NCBI GenBank assembly: GCA_963804995.1
Contig: CAWDSK010000005.1
Coordinates: 320,001-384,000, forward strand
DNA: 64,000 nt
Direction of reading: 5' to 3'
Origin: an uncultured Acidobacteriota bacterium
GTDB taxonomy: Bacteria > Acidobacteriota > Terriglobia > UBA7540
Shown here: positions 36,635 to 46,703 of the stretch, one piece after another
How the letters are laid out: the number at the start of each line of letters is the position of its first letter
How positions within the stretch are numbered: the first letter of the stretch is position 1
The notes under the pieces: generated by a model
The model's input: only the letters and a program-made list of their open reading frames with translations
Databases searched by the model: none
What the model was told of the DNA's origin: nothing
Position numbers and translations under genes: made by a program

Positions 36635-38341
36635 TCAGCGGGAACTAGGGTGACCCGCACCCGCTCCAGCGGGTGCAGCAGCCGGTGCGCCGTAAGAACG
36701 CGCCCCACAGCGCGTAGGGTTGCGCAGAAAATCTTCCAGCCAATCTGCGGAAACCACGCTGCCTTCCCAGGTCAGGTCGCGCGCTATAAATCCCTCTACT
36801 CCCTTATTGGGATGGCAACTGAAGCAACGCATATCGTTGATATTCTGGCTGGCGCGCCCCAGGGGTTTGGCGAGTGGTGCGGAAACGAAACGAAAAGCCG
36901 CAGGCTGCGTCTGCGCGCGGTCAGTAAGCGCCAGCAGCGCAGTCGCGAGCGCATCGATCTGCTCGTCTGTAACCTTGAAGCGTGGCATCTTGAGGGTAGG
37001 CGCGAAGGCGCGCGGGTTGCGAATCTTGTCGGCAATATAATTCGGCAGGGTGTGAGGCACGCCGGGGGCAAAAGCAATCTGGATTAGCGGCCTGCTGCCC
37101 ACGCGGCTCAGTTCCGGCGCAAACCCTTCCGGCTTCTTGATGCCGTTAATTTCGTGGCAGGAGGCGCATCCACGTTCCATTACCAATATTCGTCCATGGG
37201 CGATCTGGCTCGGGGTGGCTTCGGGGAGACGCACTTTGACTGGGAAATTGGGGTCGGTCCTGGATTCCAGGTATGCCTTCAAGTAGGCAATCTGCTCCGC
37301 CTTGAAACGGTAGTGCGGCATGGTGGTGGCAGGATTGTAAGCCGTGGGATCGCTCACCCACGATTCAATCCAGGACGCCTTGGCTTTTGAGCCGATGTGG
37401 GTCACGTCAGGCCCCATGTTGCGCCGCGCCAACTGGCCGGTAACGCTTTGGATGGTGTTGCGCAGGGCATGGCAGGATGCGCAAAACGCTTCACCATAAA
37501 TTTTTGCGCCCTCTTCGATCGCTTCCGGCCCTTGAACTTTTGGCACTCCCGGGGGATTCGCCAGGGGCGTGCTCTGTGCGATCAGGAAAGCCGAAAGGTC
37601 CAGCGCATCCGCATCGCTGAGCAGAAGATTGGGCATGGTGGCGGTATCGGAATAAGCCTGCGGATTTTTGATCCAGGCGTAGATCCATTCCCGCGTGGTC
37701 TTGTCGGCAACGTGCAGGAGCGGGGGAGGACTATCGGTTCCGGCCAGCGTGGTGCCGTCCGGCTGCTTCACCACGTGGCAATGCACACAGCCATTCTGGG
37801 CCAGCAGCAGTCGCCCCAGGTTCAATCGAGGCGTACCGGGCAAGGCTGCGAGGTGACACTGGCCGCAGGAGGCTTCCAGATACTTCGCGGGGAGTAGCGG
37901 CTGGTCCCATCCAGGCGTTCTGCCATGCGCAGCATCGACTGTGGTGGCGCTACCTTGTCCGCGGTGGCAAGCGACACAACCGAATTCCGTGAGCGTGTGG
38001 GGAATCGGCGGGTGGGGCCGAAAGGGCTCAGCCGAGGCATTTGCCAGGCTGGTTTCCTGAAGCGCCACATGGCAGGTGGTGCAGCGGTCAACAACGTCCT
38101 GCTCCGGCAACCAGATTTGCTGGAGTCCCTTTTGGAAATGCTTCTGCAACTCTGCTGAATCGGGGCGTCCTCGCACCAGGCGCAGGTATTGGTCTTGATA
38201 AACCCGCCAGGGGCTGAAGAGGTCTTTGACAGCGCCCACGGCAAAAGCCACTAGAAGCAGGAGGCTGACGGAACCAAAGGCGCGCGCGCTGTCGCCGAAG
38301 AATAAACGCCCAAGCGCACTGAGTTGTTGCCGGATTTTCAC
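36635..38341 (-). CDS. Membrane-anchored multiheme cytochrome c (7 CxxCH)
   Basis: CTTCH, CVACH, CGQCH, CVHCH, CASCH twice, CFSCH. The C-terminus looks truncated or frameshifted. Confidence 0.9.
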   Translation of the reverse strand: MKIRQQLSALGRLFFGDSARAFGSVSLLLLVAFAVGAVKDLFSPWRVYQDQYLRLVRGRPDSAELQKHFQKGLQQIWLPEQDVVDRCTTCHVALQETSLANASAEPFRPHPPIPHTLTEFGCVACHRGQGSATTVDAAHGRTPGWDQPLLPAKYLEASCGQCHLAALPGTPRLNLGRLLLAQNGCVHCHVVKQPDGTTLAGTDSPPPLLHVADKTTREWIYAWIKNPQAYSDTATMPNLLLSDADALDLSAFLIAQSTPLANPPGVPKVQGPEAIEEGAKIYGEAFCASCHALRNTIQSVTGQLARRNMGPDVTHIGSKAKASWIESWVSDPTAYNPATTMPHYRFKAEQIAYLKAYLESRTDPNFPVKVRLPEATPSQIAHGRILVMERGCASCHEINGIKKPEGFAPELSRVGSRPLIQIAFAPGVPHTLPNYIADKIRNPRAFAPTLKMPRFKVTDEQIDALATALLALTDRAQTQPAAFRFVSAPLAKPLGRASQNINDMRCFSCHPNKGVEGFIARDLTWEGSVVSADWLEDFLRNPTRCGARSYGAPAAAPAGAGAGHPSSR

Positions 38342-39040
38342 TCAACTCCTCCAGGGCCAGACCCAGGACCAGTCCGGGCCACGGAAAAATGTGCCGATGG
38401 CAGTGAGCACCGCAAGTTGCACCAGAAACCACGTCATGATCCAGAACGATAGCGGTTTCGAAGCGAGCCACCGCTCGAAGCCCGATGCAGGGGACTCCAC
38501 CGAACCCGCCGCATGGAGCATGAAGCCCGCAATCACCAGGGTCGGCACCAGCACGGGAAAGGCTTGGAACACCAAAAGAAGCACGGAGAGCACTACAAGT
38601 ACCCCTCCCAGAATGCGCACACGCCGAGCCTTATCGCGCGCCCAAAGGCCTTCACCGCGAAGATTGACAGCGAAGTAGGGAAGGACGATCAAGGCTACGA
38701 TCACCAGACCGGGGATGAGTACGCCAGCGACCACGGGAGGGAAATAATGCAGAAGTTCCTGCAAACCCAGGAAGTACCAGGGAGCTTTCGCGGGGTTCGG
38801 AGTGTGCAAGGGGTCGGCGAGCTGCTCGAGCGGCGCGTTCCAGAGGAGCGAAATCGCGACTAGAACGATGACCAGGATTTCGATCGCCACGCTGAGGCGA
38901 AAAAACGCCTCGGGATAAGTCATCATTTCCGGTTCGGCTTCCGTCTTGACGGCGGTCGAGGTGCGCGGCGTGAGGAAGACCACCCGCATCGGGGCTTTAC
39001 GTGCGTCGGAATCGATCTCAGCCTTGAACTGCTTGCTCAT
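38342..39040 (-). CDS. Cytochrome b6 subunit IV-like protein
   Basis: [23 protein letters not shown] (PEWY-equivalent) and TM helices. Confidence 0.9.
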   Translation of the reverse strand: MSKQFKAEIDSDARKAPMRVVFLTPRTSTAVKTEAEPEMMTYPEAFFRLSVAIEILVIVLVAISLLWNAPLEQLADPLHTPNPAKAPWYFLGLQELLHYFPPVVAGVLIPGLVIVALIVLPYFAVNLRGEGLWARDKARRVRILGGVLVVLSVLLLVFQAFPVLVPTLVIAGFMLHAAGSVESPASGFERWLASKPLSFWIMTWFLVQLAVLTAIGTFFRGPDWSWVWPWRS

Positions 39041-39753
39041 TCTGGATCGCTCCTCTCCAGGTACAACCCGCCGTCTTTGCGAATCCGCCAGAAATGAATG
39101 GCGATGAAGACTACCGCCGCCAAGGGCAGGATGAAGCAATGCAGGACGTAAAACCGCAGCAGGGCATTGGAGTTCACCACGTTTCCGCCCAACAGCAGAA
39201 ATCGGAGCTTGCTGCCGACCAGCGGAACGGATGAGGCTAGGCTGGTCCCTACCGTCACGGCCCAGAAGGCCAATTGATCCCAGGGCAGCAGGTATCCCGT
39301 GTAGCTGAGCAGCAGGGTGGTGACCAGGAGCATGACACCAACCACCCAATTGAATTCGCGAGGGGGCCGATAAGCGCCGCGATAGAAAACCTTCGCCATG
39401 TGGGCAAACACCAGGAAAACCATGGCGTGCGCTGACCAGCGGTGCAGATTGCGCAGAAACATTCCCGCGGCGACGACGAACTCAATATCCTTCATGTCGG
39501 CGTAAGCCTGCGGGACCGAGGGGTGGTAATAGAGCATCAACGGGATTCCGGTGATTACCAGAACCAGGAAGGTCCCGAAGGTGAGCGCGCCCAGATACCA
39601 CGTAACGCCGAAATCCAGCGCGCGCCGCCGCACCTTGGTGGAAAACAGGTGAAGGAAAACGTTTTGCTGGATCACCAGCGCGCTGTGGAGATCGCCGGGG
39701 CCGCTACCACTGCGGAAGATTGAACGCCCAAACCTGGTTTCGCGCAGATTCAT
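39037..39753 (-). CDS. Cytochrome b6 (split cytochrome b N-terminal part)
   Basis: [43 protein letters not shown]. Confidence 0.93.
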   Translation of the reverse strand: MNLRETRFGRSIFRSGSGPGDLHSALVIQQNVFLHLFSTKVRRRALDFGVTWYLGALTFGTFLVLVITGIPLMLYYHPSVPQAYADMKDIEFVVAAGMFLRNLHRWSAHAMVFLVFAHMAKVFYRGAYRPPREFNWVVGVMLLVTTLLLSYTGYLLPWDQLAFWAVTVGTSLASSVPLVGSKLRFLLLGGNVVNSNALLRFYVLHCFILPLAAVVFIAIHFWRIRKDGGLYLERSDPE

Positions 39754-39815
39754 AAAATTAGTACCGCGTCTTCTTGGTCACCTTGTCAGCACCACCCCTT
39801 TATTTCTTGCTCAAC

Positions 39816-39966
39816 ACCACCCCGTCGCCCGGCCCCGATAATCAATTTGGAAAAAACGCGCTATCGGGGCTCGGCGCGCCACCCCTCCTCATCTGAGGAG
39901 GGGAGTTCCGTAAAGGCTCCCCTCCTGATTTAGGAGGGGTGGCGCTCAGAGCGCCGGGGTGGTTAC
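39816..39966. repeat. CCCCTCCT/AGGAGGGG double-hairpin repeat, copy 1
   Basis: CACCCCTCCTCATCTGAGGAGGGG..CCCCTCCTGATTTAGGAGGGGTGGCGC..GCGCCGGGGTGGTTAC. Second copy at ~62557. Confidence 0.85.
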
Positions 39967-40070
39967 CGGTGGCTCCTTAAGCGCCGAGGTGGTTATGCCC
40001 TTCGGCGCCTGCGCCTATCCCGACTTTGCCGGGACTCGCAAAAGGCGCTCGCTGCTTTCCACTTTCCATC

Positions 40071-40556
40071 TCAGACCTTCACGTACCGTTTTCCCGATAG
40101 GAGGATGGAGCGGTCAACCATCAGATCGCCCTGGTCGCTTAGCCACATCTGAAGCCACGGCAAGGGCGCCGCCGCTGGGCCCGCGATCTTGGTTCCCTCA
40201 CGCGTAAACTGGCTGCCATGGCACGGGCAGGCGATGACTCCGAGTTCGGGCTTCCAGACGGTCACACAGGCCAGGTGACTGCACACCGCCCTGACCGCAA
40301 AGAGGCCTTCCTTTTCGTGCACCACATAGATGGCGGCTGCCGGGTCAAACGTCACCGAATCCGCGGGGTAATGGTCGGGCTTGCCGGCGTTCACGATGGG
40401 TGACGGCTCGTAGAGTACGCTCGGTGAAAGAAACTTGTAGGCGAGCACCGCCGTGCCCAGGCTCGAGACCGCGACGGACGTCAGGCCGACTCGGATGAAA
40501 AATTGGCGGCGTCCTATTTCAGTCTGTGACTCGGGCTTCTTTTCATCTTCGAACAT
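40071..40556 (-). CDS. Rieske iron-sulfur protein
   Basis: Tat signal GRRQFF, CSHLAC and CPCHGSQF motifs. Confidence 0.93.
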   Translation of the reverse strand: MFEDEKKPESQTEIGRRQFFIRVGLTSVAVSSLGTAVLAYKFLSPSVLYEPSPIVNAGKPDHYPADSVTFDPAAAIYVVHEKEGLFAVRAVCSHLACVTVWKPELGVIACPCHGSQFTREGTKIAGPAAAPLPWLQMWLSDQGDLMVDRSILLSGKRYVKV

Positions 40557-40562
40557 AGAACC

Positions 40563-42518
40563 TCATGTCGCTCTATTCGAGCCGGCGGACGTGACATCCA
40601 GGGCTTGGACCGGAATCAATCCGGTGGGATTTACCGACCGCAACTCGTAGGCTTCCATGGTGATGGTTTTCACCGGGCAGCGCTCCGCGCAGAGGCCACA
40701 GCGGATGCAGCGGGTTTCGTCCTTGAGCATGATGGAGCCCGCGATGACTCCCAATTCCTCCGCGGCCACGTCGTTCAATTCGACTCCCAGCAGATGCCGA
40801 TTGTTCTGGAGAGCTTCGACCGTGCCCGCGGGGAATTCGACTCGGTCGAGTGAGACGAGTTGCAGGCAATCCTCCGGGCAAACATCCACGCAACCGCCGC
40901 ACAGCGTGCAGCGCGACCCATCGACTCCGTTGCCATCGAAGACCGTGTTAATCCAACAGCGCAGGCAGCGGCTGGCTTCGGCGCGCGCGGTGCGCTCGTC
41001 ATAACCGATTTCAATTTCCGCCGTGCCCTTGCGCTCGGCCGGGGGGAGCATGGGAACGGGCTGGCGCGGGATGTTCATGAAACCCGGCGGCATCTTGTGG
41101 CGCTTCACGGTTTCGACTTCGATCTGCGGCTCCGCGTGGCGGCGCCCGGTCAGGTATTCGTCGATGGCGATGGCCGCGCGCTTGCCGTCTCCAATGCCGT
41201 CGATGAGAAGCCGCGGGCCGAAGGCGCAGTCACCACCCGCAAAAACCCCGGGCGCGGTCGTCATCAGGGTTTCAGGGTTCACTACGATCACACCGCGCGC
41301 GGAAATCTCCACACCATCTTCAGGGCGCAGAAAATCAAGCTGGGGCGTTTGGCCGATGGCGAGGATTACCGTGTCGCATTCGAGCTGATTCTCACTGCCC
41401 TCGTAAAAGGTGGGATTGAAGCGGCCGTGGTTGGTCAAAAACGCGCTGGGTTCCGGAGCGTCTCCAGACCCAAAACCTTGCCGTCTCGTCCCAGAATGCG
41501 CTTGGGGCCAAGGCCGGGAAGAATCGCGATGCCCTGCGCCTCGGCCACCTCGATCTCCTCGGCGGAGGCAGGCATTTCGTCCCTTTGCTCCAGGCAGACA
41601 ATGCGAACCTGCGGCCTGCTGGCGGGGGGGAGCAGAGGCGGAATTGCTGGACATTGTGACCGCTGTCGCGACGTTTTCGCCAGGGCCTGCGACCTGGGAC
41701 ATGTCCCAGTTGTTGCGCTCCCAGGCCCGTAGCGACCGTAGTCCCACGTCAAATGCCGTATCGCCCCCGCCAATCACAATGACATTCTTGCCGATCGGAA
41801 AATGGCACCCGGCGTTAACCTTGCGGAGGAACTCGATGCCGATATGCACCCCTTGTAAATCTACGCCAGGAATCGATAACCCATTGCCACGCTGCGCACC
41901 AACACTGATCAGGACTGCATCAAAACCCTGGCGGCGCAAATCGTTCACACTGAAATCACGCCCGGCAGCCTGATTGAGTCGCAGGGTGATGTCGCCCGTG
42001 GCCAGAATTTCCCGCACCTGCGCTTCAACCACATTTCGCGGGTGACGAAATTCCGGAACGCCCTGTTGAAGCATTCCTCCCACCTCGGAGGTGGCTTCGA
42101 AAATCGTCACCGAATAACCCATGAGTGCTAGGTCGTGCGCAGCGGAAAGGCCCGCTGGTCCGCCACCAATGACGGCAACCTTGTGCGGCAATTTCCGACT
42201 GGGCGCGCGATTGACTTCGATGGGATGCGGCGATTCCGGCCCGTACCGTTCCGTCAGAAAACGCTTGAGAGCGCGAATGGCGATGGGCTTGTCAATCTCC
42301 CCGCGACGGCAAGCGGTTTCGCAAGGGTGGGCGCAGACTCGGCCGCAACTGCTCGCCAAGGGATTGGGATTACGAGCGAAAAAGTAGGCTTCCTCGAAAC
42401 GGCCCTCGGAGATCAGCGCGACGTAGCGGCCGGCATTCGTGTGCGCAGGACAGGCCATCATGCATGGGAAATTGGTGTTCAGCCAGTCGCGGTCGACAAG
42501 TTTCAGTCCTGCGCCCAT
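40563..42518 (-). CDS. GltD-like FAD/NAD(P) oxidoreductase with Fe-S clusters and C-terminal 2x[4Fe-4S] ferredoxin; internal compensating frameshifts
   Basis: CMMACP, CGRVCAHPCETAC, GGGPAG, GGGDTA, CTLCGGCVDVCP, CIRCGLCAERCP. The segment VCLEQRDEMPASAEEIEVAEAQGI lies in another frame (41435-41773). Confidence 0.88.
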   Translation of the reverse strand: MGAGLKLVDRDWLNTNFPCMMACPAHTNAGRYVALISEGRFEEAYFFARNPNPLASSCGRVCAHPCETACRRGEIDKPIAIRALKRFLTERYGPESPHPIEVNRAPSRKLPHKVAVIGGGPAGLSAAHDLALMGYSVTIFEATSEVGGMLQQGVPEFRHPRNVVEAQVREILATGDITLRLNQAAGRDFSVNDLRRQGFDAVLISVGAQRGNGLSIPGVDLQGVHIGIEFLRKVNAGCHFPIGKNVIVIGGGDTAFDVGLRSLRAWERNNWDMSQVAGPGENVATAVTMSSNSASAPPRQQAAGSHCLPGAKGRNACLRRGDRGGRGAGHRDSSRPWPQAHSGTRRQGFGSGDAPEPSAFLTNHGRFNPTFYEGSENQLECDTVILAIGQTPQLDFLRPEDGVEISARGVIVVNPETLMTTAPGVFAGGDCAFGPRLLIDGIGDGKRAAIAIDEYLTGRRHAEPQIEVETVKRHKMPPGFMNIPRQPVPMLPPAERKGTAEIEIGYDERTARAEASRCLRCWINTVFDGNGVDGSRCTLCGGCVDVCPEDCLQLVSLDRVEFPAGTVEALQNNRHLLGVELNDVAAEELGVIAGSIMLKDETRCIRCGLCAERCPVKTITMEAYELRSVNPTGLIPVQALDVTSAGSNRAT

Positions 42519-42811
42519 ATTTGCGACTCTGGGGTGTGACATTCCAAGGCTACTATCGGCGTAATTCCAAGGCTTTAATCGCTGGTTCCGCAAGCCACTC
42601 GGACTTCGATCGGCACTCCGCCCACCCCCGAGATGGCAAGTACCGTGCCGAGAGGGATTTCCGTATAACATTAGGGTTGACGCCATGACATCAATAAGTT
42701 ACGGGAGTAGGGGGCTTTCAAGAGAAGCAAAAGTTTGAGGAAATCTACCGCGGCCTGTGTCAATTCGCACACTTCTGAAGCAAACAAAGGGCGTTTTCTC
42801 TTCTGTAACCC

Positions 42812-43057
42812 ATGCCAGAAAGTCGCAAGCACGACATCGCTTGCCGCCAGATCGACATTGGCAACGCCGTCACCGAAATGATCGAGCGGATGGCCGCCGG
42901 AGTGCCGCAGGCGGACGGAACAATCATGGTCGAGCCTCGCAAGGATGTGCGGCATGTGACCGAGGCGGTCTTGTATATGGCAAGCCTACCGCTGGATGCC
43001 AATGCGCTGTTCATGACTGTGATGGCTACCACGATGCCTTTTGTTGGGCGCGGGTGA
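42812..43057 (+). pseudogene. C-terminal fragment of an SDR oxidoreductase
   Basis: IACRQIDIGNA..AVLYMASLPLDAN..MATTMPFVGRG. No Rossmann N-terminus upstream. Confidence 0.75.
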
Positions 43058-43540
43058 AGGGAAGGTTTTGTGGGAGGATGGGGCTAGGGAAACTGTGGCG
43101 ATGAGTGGTGTCGAAGCAAGCGCAGCGCGGCCGAGCCGGAAATGAAAACTGATGGGCAAAATGTGTGAGGTTGGGAATTATGGTGGGACAACGCCCTCTA
43201 CGGCCCTCGGAGAGCAACATCTGGGACAATCTCACGCCGACAAAAAGTCGGGGTTTGCAAGGCTAAATTAGGAGAATCCGCGATGTCGAGCCCAGCCTGC
43301 TAGCCTTACGTCAAACCGGATGTGCAGATTTCCTCCCTCCGATTCATACGCCAATTCCGGCCGCGTGGCAGAGGCAAGAGCCGGTAGCAAAGCGCGGCGG
43401 AGCTGCAACCAAGCGAAAGCAGTCGTCGCCAGCTCCCTCTCAAACTGTTGCCGTTCCCAGCAAGGGAAATTCATTGGATATCCCGGCGTTAGAGGTTACG
43501 ATTCAGCGGATAGGAATAGGGAATTTGTGGAGGATGAAGC

Positions 43541-45487
43541 ATGAAGGCGAGGTCTAGCGAATCCCGGGCCCCAGCAAAATCTAAAAAGCGCGAGGGGCAG
43601 ATCGGAAACCTGACGAATGACCGCACACTGGGCATGAACGCGCGGATCTGCCGCCGCGATTTCCTGAACTCGGCGCTACTCGCTTCGGGAAGTGTGTTGC
43701 TCGAATCGCTGACCCCGCTCGAGCTCCTGGCGCAGCAGCCGGGCTGGGGAGGGTACACCGGAGAAGGCGATTACGCGGGTGCCAACGGGAACACGGAAGA
43801 GGTGATGCTGGCGGCGCATGCGGTGCGGGACGGGGTTTTCGATTCTCCTTCGACGGCGGTGGTGGACACGGGCGAGGTGTTTGACCTGGTGGTGGTGGGC
43901 GGTGGAATCAGCGGCCTGGCCTCGGCGTTGTACTTTAAGGACCAGGCGCAGCCCAAGCAGACCTGTCTGGTGCTCGAAAACCACCCCATTTTCGGCGGCC
44001 AGGCGCGGCGGAACGAATTCGTCGTGGATGGTCAGCGGCTGATTGCGCCGCAAGGGTCGAACTTTTTCTGGATGCCTCAACCGAAGCAGATCGAAGAGTT
44101 CTACACGCGCGTGGGTGTAGATCCGAGCCAGTTCAAATACCAGGAGTGGGGCGGTCCTCCACCGGCGATGCCGCTCAGCCACACCGGTTACTACTTCGCC
44201 CGCAATTTGCCGTCGCCCCCCAACTTCGGTTTTTACTTCGGTCCCAAGTTCGGCCAGCGGCCGGGAAAGTGGATTGTTGATCCCTGGAACAATTTGGACC
44301 AACTTCCCTTGTCGGCTGAAATGCGGTCTGATTTCGCCAAATACATCAAGGCGGTGATTGAGTACCACAATTCACCCCGGCATGATAGCACGGCGGAGTT
44401 GCGCCACTTTGACACCCTCACGGCTGAGGATGTGCTCATGGAGCGTCACGGCATCAGCCGCGAATTTCTCCGTTTGTTTCTCGCTCCCCATTCGGCGGCC
44501 GCCATTGGTTTAGGACCTGATGCCGTCACGGGTTTTCATTACGCGCTGTATGGTGCGGGCGATCGCCAGACGCGCCTTAGTTTTCCCGGTGGGAATACGG
44601 GTTTCACGCGGCACATTGTCAAGACACTCCTGCCGGAATCGATTCCCGGACCGCGCACGCTGGAAGCGGTTTGCCGCAATCGCGTGAACTTTGCTGCGCT
44701 GGATCGCTCTGCCAATCAGGTTCGCATCCGCTTGAAGTCGACAGCCGTCGCCGTCGAGCACGAAGGCGAGCCCCAGAAGTCCTCCTTGGTTCGCGTCACC
44801 TATATTCGCGACGGCAAAGTTTATCGCCTGAAGGCCCGCGCCGTGGTGATGGCGGGTGGCGGCTGGATTACCAAACACGTGGTGCGCGACCTGCCGGCCA
44901 CCCATCGTGAGGCCTATAACCAATTCAACTACTCGGCGAGCGTGGTGGCCAACGTGGCGGTGCGCAACTGGCGTTTCCTTCACAAACTGGGGCTTTCCGG
45001 CGGGCGCTGGTTCGAAGGTTTCGGCTTCTGGACGGAAGTGCGAACTATCGCCACCTTTGGCTCCGATAAGCCAACGATCGGGCCGGACTCTCCCACCGTC
45101 TTGTCGGTGATTGTGCCCTTCCATTATCCGGGCTTGCCGCTCGCCGAGCAGTGCAGCAAAGGCCGCGCGGAGCTGCTCTCCACGTCGTTTCGCGATTTCG
45201 AGCGGAATATTCGCGAACAATTTACGGAGATGTTTTCGATGTCCGGATTCGACGCGCGGCGGGATATTGCGGGGATTATCCTGAACCGGTGGGGGCACCA
45301 CTTCATAGTCCCCCAACCGGGGTTTATCTACGGAAAAGAGGGGAAACCCGCTCCCTCCGACATCCTGCGCAACGCGCCTTTTGGCAGGATTGCTTTTGCC
45401 AACACGGACCTGACGGGAGACAGTGGTCACGATCGGGCCATCATGGAGGGCCAGCGCGCCGTGAAGCAGCTTCTGTCTGCTTTGTAG
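43541..45487 (+). CDS. Tat-exported FAD-dependent oxidoreductase (spermidine dehydrogenase SpdH-like), paralogue 1
   Basis: LGMNARICRRDFLN, VVGGGISGL, LENHPIFGGQARRNEF, FPGGNTG, NRWGH, GRIAFANTD. Confidence 0.8.
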   Translation: MKARSSESRAPAKSKKREGQIGNLTNDRTLGMNARICRRDFLNSALLASGSVLLESLTPLELLAQQPGWGGYTGEGDYAGANGNTEEVMLAAHAVRDGVFDSPSTAVVDTGEVFDLVVVGGGISGLASALYFKDQAQPKQTCLVLENHPIFGGQARRNEFVVDGQRLIAPQGSNFFWMPQPKQIEEFYTRVGVDPSQFKYQEWGGPPPAMPLSHTGYYFARNLPSPPNFGFYFGPKFGQRPGKWIVDPWNNLDQLPLSAEMRSDFAKYIKAVIEYHNSPRHDSTAELRHFDTLTAEDVLMERHGISREFLRLFLAPHSAAAIGLGPDAVTGFHYALYGAGDRQTRLSFPGGNTGFTRHIVKTLLPESIPGPRTLEAVCRNRVNFAALDRSANQVRIRLKSTAVAVEHEGEPQKSSLVRVTYIRDGKVYRLKARAVVMAGGGWITKHVVRDLPATHREAYNQFNYSASVVANVAVRNWRFLHKLGLSGGRWFEGFGFWTEVRTIATFGSDKPTIGPDSPTVLSVIVPFHYPGLPLAEQCSKGRAELLSTSFRDFERNIREQFTEMFSMSGFDARRDIAGIILNRWGHHFIVPQPGFIYGKEGKPAPSDILRNAPFGRIAFANTDLTGDSGHDRAIMEGQRAVKQLLSAL

Positions 45488-45629
45488 CGCGGACCTCCGC
45501 CGTTGAGGTCCGCGGTTCTTCGTGCGCCATTTGAGCGAATGTACCGGGGCAAAGAGGCCGCCTGGGTTTAGGCTTTGTGGATTTTTCAAATGAAGAGCCG
45601 CGGACCCCAAAACCGGGGGACCGCGCTAC
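45484..45629. repeat. REPIN-like copy 4 (opposite orientation); its GTAG supplies the upstream stop codon
   Basis: GTAGCGCGGACCTCCGCCGTTGAGGTCCGCG...GGACCCCAAAACCGGGGGACCGCGCTAC. Confidence 0.9.
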
Positions 45630-45687
45630 GAAACAGATTGCTACGCCGGTTTACAGCACCTGCGATTTCGGAATTTGGCGAGGGTGC

Positions 45688-45716
45688 TTGACAGGCCCGC
45701 ATAAAACATGTAATTA
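45688..45716 (+). promoter_or_regulatory. Sigma70-like promoter of the Phd antitoxin
   Basis: TTGACA-17 bp-TAATTA. Confidence 0.55.
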
Positions 45717-45751
45717 TCTGCTTAAAGCATGTTGTAGCGTGGAGGCAGAGT

Positions 45752-46040
45752 ATGATCGACCTTCGGGATGTTCGTTCGGTGACAGAGTTTCAGCGCAATC
45801 TCAAGGGGTACGTCGGGCGGCTTAAAGCGAAGAAGACCCCCCTGGTTCTAACGGTCAATGGCCGGGCTGAACTCATCGTCCAGGATGCCCGCAGCTATCA
45901 GGGGTTGCTCGACCGGCTCGAAGCGTGCCGAGAGGGTAGCCGCGATACGTCAAGGGATGGAAGAGTTCGAACGCGGTGAAGGAATACCCCTCCCAGAGGC
46001 GGAGCGACGGCTCCGGAAGCGACATGGCTTTTCGCGTTGA
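45752..46040 (+). CDS. Phd/YefM antitoxin, frameshift at ~45925
   Basis: SVTEFQRN..PLVLTVNGRAELIVQDA, continuing in another frame as AIRQGMEEFERGEG. Confidence 0.85.
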
Positions 46041-46080
46041 GATTTCACCCGCCGTTGACAGCGATGCCTTGGTGTCTTAA
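46024..46080 (+). pseudogene. 5' stub of a ParE/RelE toxin
   Basis: MAFRVEISP overlaps the antitoxin end, then the sequence switches abruptly to a promoter. Confidence 0.6.
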
Positions 46081-46083
46081 GAT
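46055..46083 (+). promoter_or_regulatory. Sigma70 promoter, probably giving a leaderless mRNA for 46090
   Basis: TTGACA-17 bp-TAAGAT, 6 nt before the GTG start. Confidence 0.7.
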
Positions 46084-46089
46084 GATCAC

Positions 46090-46311
46090 GTGAATTCAAC
46101 AATTGCCGCACCGGTTGATTGGATAGAGGCTGTTGGAAATCTGCGTTTTCCGTCGAAGACGGACCATCGTCTTCAGGAACTAATGGACCGCAACAACGAA
46201 GGGCTTTTGCAGGAATCTGAAAGGGAAGAGCTGGAGGCATTGGTTGAATTGAGCGAGCGACTGTCGCTCGTCCGCGGCGAGGCATTGCAGATTCTCGGCA
46301 AGCAGCCATAA
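46090..46311 (+). CDS. Small antitoxin-like protein of the type paired with HNH nucleases
   Basis: RLQELMDRNNEGLL..EREELEALVEL. Its stop overlaps the start of the HNH remnant. Confidence 0.7.
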   Translation: MNSTIAAPVDWIEAVGNLRFPSKTDHRLQELMDRNNEGLLQESEREELEALVELSERLSLVRGEALQILGKQP

Positions 46312-46518
46312 TGAGCGTCCCGGAAGAACTGTCGCGCACAGTTCGGGCACGCACTGGCGGGCGGTGCCAATACTGCCTGATGCACGAGAGCCTCCAGGGC
46401 GCCACCTTCCACGTTGAACACATAATCCCACATAAAGGTGCTAAACCTGAATCACTCCCGCCGCCAGCGCATCCGCGAAGTTGAGGAAGCGTTTGGTCTC
46501 TATCCGCCAGCGCTTTGA
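46311..46518 (+). pseudogene. HNH endonuclease with internal deletion
   Basis: RTGGRCQYC..FHVEHIIP joins out of frame to the C-terminus LNLNHSRRQRIREVEEAFGLYPP. The catalytic N/CxxC region is missing. Confidence 0.75.
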
Positions 46519-46629
46519 GGGTTCTTCCTGCACCACTTAAGCGAATGCCTCCGCGAGCTGGTAGTGGGGTCAAGGGCGCCTCGCGCCGCGGCGCGTTCAT
46601 CGTAGACCCTCGACGCCGCCTCTGCCTTC

Positions 46630-46696
46630 CCCCTGACAATCTGTCCTCTTGACAATCTAGAGGAAGGGAGTACTCTCATCTCGATTCCCTAGAGGA
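46630..46696 (+). promoter_or_regulatory. PadR promoter with putative operator repeats
   Basis: TGACAATCT twice. The inverted repeat CCTCT-N9-AGAGG overlaps TTGACA. Related CTCGATTCCCTAGAG site at the RBS. Confidence 0.55.
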
Positions 46697-46703
46697 GAGA
46701 TCC

